Assembly: GCA_043804515.1 (NCBI GenBank)
Contig: JAZDIZ010000148.1
Coordinates: 1 to 27,661 of the forward strand
DNA from: Pseudomonadota bacterium
Lineage (GTDB): Bacteria > Bdellovibrionota_G > JALEGL01 > DATDPG01
DNA: 27,661 nt
Reading direction: 5' to 3'
The notes under the pieces were generated by a model, which saw only the letters and a program-made list of their open reading frames with translations, was not told the origin of the DNA and searched no databases. Every line of letters starts with the position of its first letter. Positions within the stretch are counted from its first letter, which is position 1. Made by a program: the position numbers and the translations under genes. Positions 6,911 through 15,924 of this stretch are shown piece after piece.

Positions 6911-8925
6911 GACGCGGGGGACGGTATCAGGGCCAGAAAGCCCCCGATTTCCTCGAAGAGACGATCCCGGATCCTGTCACGCTCGGCCCGCCCGTTTCGA
7001 TCGGCGAATACCGCCAGAGATCCCGGCAGCCAACGGATCTTCAAAACCGTCCGCAATATTTCGGAAAAATCAAGATGGAGCTCCCGATCCGCCAGTTCCA
7101 GCGCTCGATTGGGTTCCACTCCTCCGATCATCCGGAGTCCTTCGAAAGCCAGGACGAGATAGCGGGCCGCATAGGCCCGCGCGATGGCGTCGCGAGCCCC
7201 CGCCATCGAGGGGCCGGGATAGGAGGCCAGCGCCTTGCTGAATCCCTTCGAAGTAAACGGGAATTTTTTGAAATCTTCCCACGTCCGGGGTTGTGCGCCG
7301 TTCGCCTGGTCCGCAGGCGAGGCTCTGCCCAAGGCCTGAGGGATCAATACGTAGTCGAATCGTTCGCCGTTCCTGAACTTCATCCAATCTTCGGCAAAAA
7401 GGCTCGGCTGTCGCAGCACGTAGCGGCAGACGGAAAGCTCGGTCCTCAGGCCATCCCCGACCAACCGCCTCACGTAATCGGTCGCATCCGAAATTGTCGG
7501 AACATCGGAGTTACAGGCGTGACCGATTTCCGAGACGATCATTACGGCCGTCAGGGCCACGCCCAATGGGGGAAAAGCGATACCGCTCCCCACCAACGCG
7601 CCCCCCACGAGAACGTCGGCGGCCAGCTTCGCCGTCTTCTGAATAACCACGTCCCGAGGCTGCCCCAACGAGATCAGCGTGTCCGCCGTATCCACCGCCG
7701 CGACAAAGACGATGGCGTAGAGTCCGATCTTAGAAAGGACACGTCCCGCGACCCCCCCGGGGATCCCGTGGAACAATTCCTCGCCTTTCAGCCTTGAAAG
7801 GACTCTTTTGGAACGCTGGAACACCGCGGGAGGCTGTCTGTACGGGGACATACGATCGAACAGGGCCATTAGGCCCCTCCGTTTCGGCACGGCCCGGGCC
7901 AAACTCTCCAATCTTCCGCGAGCGGCCTCTATGGTGTGCAGTTCCCGGTCCACCGCCTGCGCGTGTTCCAAGAGGGCTGGATTGCCCCGTAGCCTTGCCA
8001 TATTCCCGCTCAATTTTCCGGCCGCCCACCAGCCGGGGAGTTTTGCAAGCACCGGCGCCACAACAAATGCGGACACTTCCCGGACCCTTCTGTTGTGGGT
8101 CTCGGCGTCCACCGCTCCTCCCACCGCGTTTGCTCCCATGGCGAGCTGCTCCCCGAATCCGAAGGGGATCCAATCCAGGCCGCGGCTTAACGCCGAATAG
8201 ACCCCGGGCGCTAACCGGGGGAGCTCGGGCCGCGCCGCATCCGGCTCCGTCTCGAAGTCCTCCGGCCTAAGATCGGTCAGAACGTATTTGTCGGCCACAT
8301 GGATGAAGCCGTTGTCAGCCCAAATCTCGTACGGATTATCCGGATGCAGATGTTTGCGGATTTTGCCGATCGCGATTTGACAGTCCCCTTTGCAGGGCTC
8401 GGGGTTTCCGACTTCCTTTAACAGCGCGGAGTCCTTGACGAAATGGACAAAGTCCCAATCCATCCGAAGTTGTGATCGCATGGCCGATTTTTCAAAGCTT
8501 CTGGCGCGGCGAAACGCGGGAATTTTCTCCAACGCGCGTGTTTCAGCCGCCAAATCGGAGGTCGCGTAGACCGCCGCATAATCCGAACCCTCGAGCTGAT
8601 CCTCAAGGCGCGGCATAAGATCCCATCCCCCCTGATAATCCTGACCGCGCCAACGGGGGCGCTGAGCCAGTGAAGTATGGAGGAGAAAGACGGCCCCCTG
8701 TTCCCGTGTGAGATCGGCGGGCGATTTCAATATCATCGTCCGGTAATCGGATCCGAAGCGGGCGGCGCGAGCCAGCGCGGAAAGCTCCTGTTGCTGGTTC
8801 GGCGTCATCGGGTAGAGACCCAGGCGGAAGCTGCCGTACGGCTGCGCGGTCTCCGAAGCGTGAAGGCTCAACGGAATCGCCATCAACAGGAAAAGAAGCC
8901 GGACCGTGCGCCCCCTCGTCCCCAC
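6907..8925 (-). CDS. Hypothetical exported/membrane protein (672 aa) with Gly/Ala-rich hydrophobic helices
   Basis: Long ORF with GTG start, purine-rich RBS-like sequence, signal peptide ending PLSLHA and several hydrophobic segments. No family recognised. Confidence 0.75.
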   Translation of the reverse strand: MGTRGRTVRLLFLLMAIPLSLHASETAQPYGSFRLGLYPMTPNQQQELSALARAARFGSDYRTMILKSPADLTREQGAVFLLHTSLAQRPRWRGQDYQGGWDLMPRLEDQLEGSDYAAVYATSDLAAETRALEKIPAFRRARSFEKSAMRSQLRMDWDFVHFVKDSALLKEVGNPEPCKGDCQIAIGKIRKHLHPDNPYEIWADNGFIHVADKYVLTDLRPEDFETEPDAARPELPRLAPGVYSALSRGLDWIPFGFGEQLAMGANAVGGAVDAETHNRRVREVSAFVVAPVLAKLPGWWAAGKLSGNMARLRGNPALLEHAQAVDRELHTIEAARGRLESLARAVPKRRGLMALFDRMSPYRQPPAVFQRSKRVLSRLKGEELFHGIPGGVAGRVLSKIGLYAIVFVAAVDTADTLISLGQPRDVVIQKTAKLAADVLVGGALVGSGIAFPPLGVALTAVMIVSEIGHACNSDVPTISDATDYVRRLVGDGLRTELSVCRYVLRQPSLFAEDWMKFRNGERFDYVLIPQALGRASPADQANGAQPRTWEDFKKFPFTSKGFSKALASYPGPSMAGARDAIARAYAARYLVLAFEGLRMIGGVEPNRALELADRELHLDFSEILRTVLKIRWLPGSLAVFADRNGRAERDRIRDRLFEEIGGFLALIPSPAS

Positions 8926-11900
8926 CCATCCCTTCCAGCGGGTTGTCGGAAGAAGGCCCCGCGCTCAGATGACTTTTCAGCTCAGGGGGGACCAACCGGT
9001 TGATTTCATCCACACTGGCGGGCCATCGAAAGCCGGCGGCTTCCGCCATGGCGTGCGCCAGCGTCCTCGGATCGTTCGGATCCTCGATCATGATATCCCC
9101 GAAGAGCTTCGCTTCTTCTTTGCACGATCCCTGGGCGTCGATATTCCACCCGAACGGTTTCTTGCTCGCCCAGTTGAAGAGGGCCGAACGCCCCCCCTTG
9201 TCCAGAACCGAAATCACAAAGATGAGTGAGGTGGTTTTGGGTGTAACGCCAATCACGTTCTCCAGACCGTCGCGGAAACCCCAGAAGAACTCGGTGGCCA
9301 TCTGGCTTACGGACGCGTTGTAGACGGCGTTGGTGTTCATTCGGTGCGTGATGGCCTGAAGACAGTCCCAGCTGAAAATCTTTTCCCTGAGCTTGATGCC
9401 CTGGACCACAAAAGAGACTATGCCTTGGGTCACGAAGCTGGCCGGCAGCGTGTACGACATTTTCCTCAAATAGGTCATGTTTGCGATACCGATGGCGGTC
9501 TGGAAGCCCACGGTCGGGATGCCCCCCAGAATATTGATCGCCGTTTCGTCCCACTCCCGACGCTTCGCCCCTTTCCAGAAATCGCCATCCTCATTTTGTT
9601 GCAGTTTTCCGCGCCAATACCTGTCACCGATGAGGTTGGCGGGGGGCCCTATGACGAGCCCTTGATTGACGAATTTCGAGATCGTTTCGCGGTCCACGTC
9701 AAAGCGCCCGTTGCTCCGCTTCATCATCCAGGAGTAAAAGTCCTCGTCCCAGTTGCGCCGGATGAATCGATCCAGACGCCGGCCCAGCGTGGGCGCGATC
9801 TTCTCGTACATCCAATTCGGGAGAAGCCGTCCGTCCCCCTTCGTCCAGACCGTCTTTCCCAGGAGGGTGCGCCTCGTGGCGTGCGCGAATCGGGTCCGAA
9901 ACGGGAGCTCCTTCGGATACGTGGCCAACCATTCTTTGCGAATCGCCTCGGGCAAATCGTCGAATGGCGTGTAGGGATCAAAGCGCCAGACCTGATCCGA
10001 GGCCGGGCTGCCCACTTCTTTGAAATACCCGCGGACCGGGGCGTCCATCCCCTTGAGAAAATTGGCGAACCGCTGCCCCGCCGGGGTGTCCTTCACCGCC
10101 TGCCAGGGAACCGACACGAACCTGGGCGTCTTAAAATTCTGGAAGAAACGAAGAATCGCGGCATACGCCCTGGGAGCGCCGGGAATCCGGCCGCCCAGGC
10201 CGATTGTGCCTCGGAATGTCTTTTCGGCCAGCTTTGAAGTCCAGAAAGCATGATGGTCGAATTTGAACTGCTGCTGCAGAAACGACTCGGCCACGCCGTA
10301 GCTTTTCTTCAAGTTGCGGAGGTGCTTGATGTCTTTATCCAGCCTCTCGATTTCCTGATTGATCTCCGGCCGTCTGGCCTTGTTCATCGGGCTTTTCAGC
10401 GCCCTCTCGGCGACGTCGATCTGATTTTTCAGGTCCTCTTCGTAAAGAATGATCTGGAGTTCGTATTCGCGCAGGGCGCTTCGGGCGCTGGTTGCCTTCT
10501 CCAGTTGCGTCTCTCCTCGGACCAACGCCTGGATCCGCGAGGACGGCATCCTTGTTTTCAGCCCTGTGCTCACCACGTCCTTGAGGTCAGGATGTCCCAA
10601 TGCCGTTTGCGTTCTCCCGTACTCCAGAAGATCGTCAACCACCTCCGGGAATTCCTCGCGCATGAGCCTCAGCCAAGCGCCAAAATCCCGGTTGAGGTCC
10701 TCCATGCTCTTGATTTCCAGCCCTACGTAGCGAGCATCGGCTGCCGGCTTTACGATCCGGAGAAAGCGGAGAACGGGCGGCGCAGACCATACGGCCGCGC
10801 CGGCAAAATTCAGGCCTACCAGAGCTAGAGATGTTGCGGCTTGAACGAAAATGTCCCGTTCCACAAAGATCTGATCGAAGTACTCCTTGCTGTTGACGTT
10901 GAGAGACGCCGTCTTGTAAAGCTGCAAGAAGAGCGTCTCGGTCAGCTTCGCGGCCGCATCCATTCGCGCATAGAGCGGTAGCGCTTCCGTCGCCGTCACA
11001 AGGGCGTCCGCCGACATCACCATCACGAGGAACGGCCACGACTTCAAGGCGATTCCCGCACCCCCGGCAAGCGCCACGCCGAAATTTAGAAAATCGACAC
11101 GCTTTTTTTTCGCTTCGTCCTGTTCGCGCTTTTCAAACGCGACGACCGCGAGCGTCTCGGCGATATTCCGACGCCGTACGGGGTCCATCGGGTAGTCAGC
11201 ATTTAACCGGGTCTGCATTTCCGGGGTGTTGAAGTACCGGCCGAGATCCACGAACCGCTTAAGCATGACATCCGGGTTCCGCGGCTCTTCTTCCAACCTG
11301 GCCCCTTCTTTTGAGCTCGTTTCGTGCGTGTGGTTCAAAAGGTCCTCCCACACCTCCCGCGCGCGCCTGACCGATCCCTGAGATGAGAGACGGCTCCAGT
11401 ACACGAGCATTTCGGCGTTCAGGTTGAGGTTTTCCCGAACCGCAAGTCGAAGAGCGTCCGCCATGGAATCCAGGGCGCCGTCGCGCACATCTTCCAGCGC
11501 GATCTGGTCCCACCGTTGGCAGAGAAGGGGGGATATCGGATTGAGCCGGACCAGGCTCGCGTAATTGAACTTCCCTTGTGCCCAGAGATCGTCCAGCGCC
11601 AGCGCCACCAGAGCTTTCGCGAGATTGGTCTCCCGCCCGGCATGCCGTCGCTTTTCGTTGAGCCGATTGATTCTCTTAAACAGTTCCCGATTCCGGAATT
11701 GAAGGACGGGAACGGTGTTATGAATCGGCATCAGGAGGAGGGCGTTCGAGGAAGCCATGACTCCGCTCACCAGCTCCAGAATTTCGCGTGCCGTGTCGTT
11801 TCGGAGTCTCCGTTCGGCGTTCAACTGATCCAATCCGTGGGCTGTGAATTGGAGGCCGGATTGGGGCGGCGGCCCTACCGAAGCGGGGAGCGCCTTACCC

Positions 11901-12550
11901 CGGTTACAAACTTTCTCCAGTTCGTTCTCCAAAAACGGAGCCTGGGGATTTTTCGACGCCCGGGCATCATCCTGGTCAAGAAGGTCGATCAGAAGATCGT
12001 TCTGTACGAGGAGCGTTGCTTCGAACAGGAGTTCCCGGAGAAATTCCCTTTGCGCCTCTTTCGTCATTCTCGGGACTTGCGCGTCCTGTGTCAGGGGAAT
12101 GATGTATCGATTTCGGAGGTCGGGAAAGTTCGTGTAGTTGAAACTCGAATAGAGGGCGTTCCGAAGCCGGTCGGGAAAGACCTCCTGGGGATCCAGATGG
12201 ATGCCGCGTTGTTGTGCATAGAGCACCTTGTTGTAGCGATCGTCGAGCATCTCCTCGATCAGCCATTTTCGCTCGACCAGAAGCGTGCCCAGGGCGTCGC
12301 CCAAAACCTTTCCGTGGGCATCGCGACCGAGGGCATTTTCAATGGTGGGAGAGAATTGAAACTCCACTTGGCCGCCGCGCTCGACCATCGTGGTTTCGTA
12401 CGTCAGCCTTCCTCCATCCCTCAGAAGAAAACGGGGGGACGCCAAAGCCGGCGAAAGGTGCCCAAGCCAACACCAAACGACCCAGCCGGCGGCGGGCAAA
12501 AAACCTCGCCGGCACAAGCGGAAAATCCTTACCCCTCCATCCAACTTCAT
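8603..12550 (-). CDS. Large hypothetical exported/membrane protein (1315 aa) with coiled coil and two hydrophobic clusters
   Basis: Long ORF with signal peptide ending SPALA and heptad segment REYELQ...IKHLRNLKK. The last ~107 codons overlap the next gene in another frame. Confidence 0.8.
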   Translation of the reverse strand: MKLDGGVRIFRLCRRGFLPAAGWVVWCWLGHLSPALASPRFLLRDGGRLTYETTMVERGGQVEFQFSPTIENALGRDAHGKVLGDALGTLLVERKWLIEEMLDDRYNKVLYAQQRGIHLDPQEVFPDRLRNALYSSFNYTNFPDLRNRYIIPLTQDAQVPRMTKEAQREFLRELLFEATLLVQNDLLIDLLDQDDARASKNPQAPFLENELEKVCNRGKALPASVGPPPQSGLQFTAHGLDQLNAERRLRNDTAREILELVSGVMASSNALLLMPIHNTVPVLQFRNRELFKRINRLNEKRRHAGRETNLAKALVALALDDLWAQGKFNYASLVRLNPISPLLCQRWDQIALEDVRDGALDSMADALRLAVRENLNLNAEMLVYWSRLSSQGSVRRAREVWEDLLNHTHETSSKEGARLEEEPRNPDVMLKRFVDLGRYFNTPEMQTRLNADYPMDPVRRRNIAETLAVVAFEKREQDEAKKKRVDFLNFGVALAGGAGIALKSWPFLVMVMSADALVTATEALPLYARMDAAAKLTETLFLQLYKTASLNVNSKEYFDQIFVERDIFVQAATSLALVGLNFAGAAVWSAPPVLRFLRIVKPAADARYVGLEIKSMEDLNRDFGAWLRLMREEFPEVVDDLLEYGRTQTALGHPDLKDVVSTGLKTRMPSSRIQALVRGETQLEKATSARSALREYELQIILYEEDLKNQIDVAERALKSPMNKARRPEINQEIERLDKDIKHLRNLKKSYGVAESFLQQQFKFDHHAFWTSKLAEKTFRGTIGLGGRIPGAPRAYAAILRFFQNFKTPRFVSVPWQAVKDTPAGQRFANFLKGMDAPVRGYFKEVGSPASDQVWRFDPYTPFDDLPEAIRKEWLATYPKELPFRTRFAHATRRTLLGKTVWTKGDGRLLPNWMYEKIAPTLGRRLDRFIRRNWDEDFYSWMMKRSNGRFDVDRETISKFVNQGLVIGPPANLIGDRYWRGKLQQNEDGDFWKGAKRREWDETAINILGGIPTVGFQTAIGIANMTYLRKMSYTLPASFVTQGIVSFVVQGIKLREKIFSWDCLQAITHRMNTNAVYNASVSQMATEFFWGFRDGLENVIGVTPKTTSLIFVISVLDKGGRSALFNWASKKPFGWNIDAQGSCKEEAKLFGDIMIEDPNDPRTLAHAMAEAAGFRWPASVDEINRLVPPELKSHLSAGPSSDNPLEGMGGDEGAHGPASFPVDGDSVEPSRFGDRAAVRQLPPGSLPDDAEPATGAFRAGSRRPLRIRLPDDDIEIARRSHTGTGGRLSPPYFTGSAPPLARSGLSGGMGSYAAP

Positions 12551-12622
12551 GACGTACTGCTGCGAAGCGTCATCGCATAAAATCGAAAGGCTGTAAAGGG
12601 GTTGCGAGCTTCCTGCGGTTAC

Positions 12623-13639
12623 TCAGGCCCCGTCGGCGGCGGCGACAAGTTGCCTCCAGACTCGAGATTGGTCTGCCTGCAGGGCCATGACGAGTTGGTT
12701 ATATTTGGGCTCCAGCCGTTCCCAAACTTCCCTCGCCCCGCCAGGCTCTAAATCTCTATTAAATTCGAGATCTTGAAGCTTGCGCACCGTCTCAGGCACC
12801 GGGTCCACGCTATCGGGAAGGACTCGGTTTACCGTCCGGATCGTAGAATAACTCTCCGTCAATCCGGCTTCGTCCCGGACCGAAAGGGCGTTCTTGTGAA
12901 TCCCGTCCAGGAGTTGCACAAGCTTTCTAAAATCGTCGCGAAGACGCCTTGGATCCCCCAATTGAAGATTGCTCAGACGGGCATGAATGTCGGCGCGAAG
13001 AATTCTGGCATTTTGCAGGCGGCGGACCCGTGCGTCCCTTCCTGCCGATTCAAAACGGGCCAGGTCTCTTAGTTCAAGGCTTCCGGTTCCGACCGGGCAA
13101 TGCTCCAAATAATAACCAAATTCCGTGTCCAGGGCGTCCCGTTCCATGGACCGCACATACGAGAGCTGCTCCACCCGCGTGGGGGGATTGCCGGATCCTA
13201 ATTTGGCTTGAATCAGGTGCTCGATCTCATGAGCGATCGGGGTTTCCGTCTGACCGCAAGACCAATTCCCAAGATAGGTCACGGGGATCCGGATTTCGAT
13301 AAGGTTCCGGTCTCGCTTGGTGGATTCCAGCATCACAATCGACGCCAGGCTCTCGCGCGGCCGTAGGATCCCGGCCCGAAGCCCGTCCCGGATTCTTTGG
13401 GCCCATTCCGGACGAATCATCGGTCGCGGACCGCTCGACATTTTTTCCACTACCTCGCGGATCCGCGTCGAAAGCAGGTGCGCAAGGCCCTCGGCTTCGT
13501 AGGGCGCGGGAACCAACCGACGACCGATGTTTCCGGGGAAACTCTGGCAATAGCCGTCTTTGGGGATAAAACAGAAAAAAATGAGAACAGGAAGCCCTCG
13601 CCAACTGCTGCGCAGCCGGCTGAAGGCTCCCCCCTTCAC
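12623..13639 (-). CDS. Exported protein with HExxH zincin-like motif (putative metallopeptidase)
   Basis: IAHEIEHLIQ followed ~22 residues later by MERDA (candidate third ligand Glu). Hydrophobic N-terminal segment and helical C-terminus. Confidence 0.65.
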   Translation of the reverse strand: MKGGAFSRLRSSWRGLPVLIFFCFIPKDGYCQSFPGNIGRRLVPAPYEAEGLAHLLSTRIREVVEKMSSGPRPMIRPEWAQRIRDGLRAGILRPRESLASIVMLESTKRDRNLIEIRIPVTYLGNWSCGQTETPIAHEIEHLIQAKLGSGNPPTRVEQLSYVRSMERDALDTEFGYYLEHCPVGTGSLELRDLARFESAGRDARVRRLQNARILRADIHARLSNLQLGDPRRLRDDFRKLVQLLDGIHKNALSVRDEAGLTESYSTIRTVNRVLPDSVDPVPETVRKLQDLEFNRDLEPGGAREVWERLEPKYNQLVMALQADQSRVWRQLVAAADGA

Positions 13640-14006
13640 TGCGTAGAACCCCTCACTAGTCGCGAGCCTTTGTGCCTAGGATTTTTTTATCAGACCCACC
13701 TACGAAGCCAAGAAGTTCCGAAAATCCAAGACGTTGGTGACCGCAACACATGTCAAAATTGGAAGGGGTCCGGGTCGGCCTGGAACCCTGCGGGTTGGCG
13801 AGCCTACAACAACCCTCGAACGCAAGACCTTCCATGATCGTCGCAGATAACACGATGCGTCGTTCCGGTCAAAGGACCGTCGGAAAAAGTTGCGGGGCGC
13901 GCACGAATCTGCGCGGTCCTCCCTCCCCCGACACGCGCGAACTTGTTGAAATGATGGAACAACTTCCTTCGTTGCGGGGGCACGGATCTTGCGATCTGAA
14001 CTGGAC

Positions 14007-14990
14007 ATGCCGAAGGAATCCACGTTTGACGCCGAGGCCACGGTTTCCGATGTGGCTAAACGCTTCCTGAACCGTTTCTCACGAAGCGCCCGGGAAGCTT
14101 CCCGGAGCGGCTTTGACCCGACCGTTGTTCAGAACAAGGAGGAATCCGCCTCGGATCGATTCAACCAACTCCAGGTCACCAACCGTCGAAGCCCGTTGGC
14201 GGCCGCTTTTTTCGCCCTTGTTCTTCCGGGAGGCGGGTTGCTCTTTGTTCGGCGGTGGTTCTTGGCGTTTCTTTTCCTGTCTTCGCTTGCGGCCTCGCTC
14301 GTGATGTCCCTGTCCGCCCTCGGCGCTCTTCCGATTCCCGTCCTGCTGCGAGACTGGGGCATCCCCCTGACCCATTCCGAACAGCTTCTGGCGTCAGGAA
14401 TCGCCACGGCCTTCTTGTGGTGGGTGAGCCTTGTCATCCCGGTCGGGGTCGCCGCGCGGACCGCCCGATTCCGAAAACCTGTCTCCCGATTTGGCTCGTT
14501 GTTGTCGGCCCCCATTCCCATCCTGGGAGCTTATGTTCGGCGCTGGTTTGTCCTGGGCCATTTGACCGCCCTGGCCGCGGTCCTGGCCGTGATCGGCTCC
14601 CTTCTGGCGTACCTCTTCTGGCAGCTTCGCGTGGAGCGGGAGTTTGTTTGGTCGGCCGTGTTGGCGTCGGCGGCCGGCTCTCTTTTCGCGCTTCTTTATC
14701 TCGGGGCTTGGCTCGGCGCATTCCGTGATTTGGGGTGCGGTCGATCCGGCCGGGAAGGCGCCCGAACGGACGTGAAGTTCGCTCTCCTGGGCTTCGGGTT
14801 GATTCTGTTCTTTGCGGCTTATAAGGGACCGATGCCCCTCGTTCGTGCGCTGGGTCCCGCAACCCAGAAGGCGCAGCTTCTTCTCAAAGCGAAAGGGTTT
14901 CAGAGTACGTCGGGACGGATCAAGGCCTTTTATCGCGAAGCCGATCGGTCGATTTCCGGCCTGGATGATCGCCTGTCCCTATTCCGCTAG
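14007..14990 (+). CDS. Polytopic membrane protein with internal duplication
   Basis: Multiple TM segments. RSPLAAAFFALVLPGGG...VRRWF is echoed by SRFGSLLSAPIPILG.YVRRWF. ATG at 14007 (ORF open from 13989). Confidence 0.7.
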   Translation: MPKESTFDAEATVSDVAKRFLNRFSRSAREASRSGFDPTVVQNKEESASDRFNQLQVTNRRSPLAAAFFALVLPGGGLLFVRRWFLAFLFLSSLAASLVMSLSALGALPIPVLLRDWGIPLTHSEQLLASGIATAFLWWVSLVIPVGVAARTARFRKPVSRFGSLLSAPIPILGAYVRRWFVLGHLTALAAVLAVIGSLLAYLFWQLRVEREFVWSAVLASAAGSLFALLYLGAWLGAFRDLGCGRSGREGARTDVKFALLGFGLILFFAAYKGPMPLVRALGPATQKAQLLLKAKGFQSTSGRIKAFYREADRSISGLDDRLSLFR

Positions 14991-15803
14991 GCCGGAGAAC
15001 GTCGCAGGCGTTACGGCGGCAAACCCTCCGTCCCCTTGTACCTGATACACTTGCGCCCATCTTCCATCCTGGATGACGGTGCAAATCCGGTGCGAAACGA
15101 CGATCTGAAGGCCGGCGATCGGATCCTTTTTGGTCCCATAGTTCGTCGGATCCAAAACCTTGGCCGAAAGATCCACGTGATAGAGCGACAAGACTTTGAT
15201 GTCCCCGGGCACGACGAGGACGTTTTTGAGATATTGCCCGTGGCCTTGGTACTTCCCGCCCCAGGTATACGAAATAAAGTACGTCACCTGCACGGGCTTC
15301 ATATGTAGGCCGTTCACTGCCTCCACTTTAAAGCCGTACACCTTGGGCTCTTTTTTCGGCCATTCCAGGTCTCTCCAGTCCGTTATGCCGCTCGGGATCG
15401 CTTCGGCCTGCGGAGGAAGGCCGGTCCGAATCACCGGTTGGTTATTGATCAGAATGTCCCAAAACTTCGCAAGCAAATTTACGATGTCCCCGATTCCGAT
15501 GGGTGAGCCTCCGAGTCCCGGAAGACCTCCGGCCTTGGGCAGCGCGGGCGGCTCGAGAATTCCGAGTCGGGCCCTGACTTTGGACGGCAGTCGCGTCCCG
15601 GCGAACATGGGCGTGACCTTAGCCTGAAATGTTTTGTATTCAGGCTTGGAATAAACCGGATTGCTTTGTAGCGCTTGCTCCACTTTGTCGGGAGGGCATA
15701 TTTCCGACACCGCGGTCTCGCGGGTTTCCCCCGCCGAAGCCGAGACGGACATCCCCGTTCCGCACACGAGTGCCACAAACCCCAAGACGTACCTATATTG
15801 CAT
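14979..15803 (-). CDS. Secreted hypothetical protein: amphipathic helix followed by a beta-rich domain
   Basis: ATG with purine-rich RBS (GAAGGGGGGA), signal peptide ending SASA, helix IGDIVNLLAKFWDILINN, then alternating beta-strand pattern. Confidence 0.8.
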   Translation of the reverse strand: MQYRYVLGFVALVCGTGMSVSASAGETRETAVSEICPPDKVEQALQSNPVYSKPEYKTFQAKVTPMFAGTRLPSKVRARLGILEPPALPKAGGLPGLGGSPIGIGDIVNLLAKFWDILINNQPVIRTGLPPQAEAIPSGITDWRDLEWPKKEPKVYGFKVEAVNGLHMKPVQVTYFISYTWGGKYQGHGQYLKNVLVVPGDIKVLSLYHVDLSAKVLDPTNYGTKKDPIAGLQIVVSHRICTVIQDGRWAQVYQVQGDGGFAAVTPATFSGLAE

Positions 15804-15823
15804 GGTCCCCCCTTCAGAAGACT

Positions 15824-15841
15824 ATGACGCGACTATGTCAA
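15824..15841. promoter_or_regulatory. Candidate operator TGAC-N8-GTCA (copy 2)
   Basis: ATGACGCGACTATGTCAA lies ~20 nt upstream of the 274-aa gene, in the same orientation relative to its gene as copy 1. Confidence 0.3.
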
Positions 15842-15924
15842 ACTTGACGGATTTTTCAAGTGCCGCCCATAGCGCCTTTGGCGCGGCGCGACAGAGGGCG
15901 TGCGGGCGAAGTATTGTCGCGTTT

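Noticed and set aside
13750..14070. 106-aa ORF upstream of the membrane protein
   Set aside because: It has no motif or clear RBS, overlaps the next gene out of frame, and is more likely a divergent promoter region.
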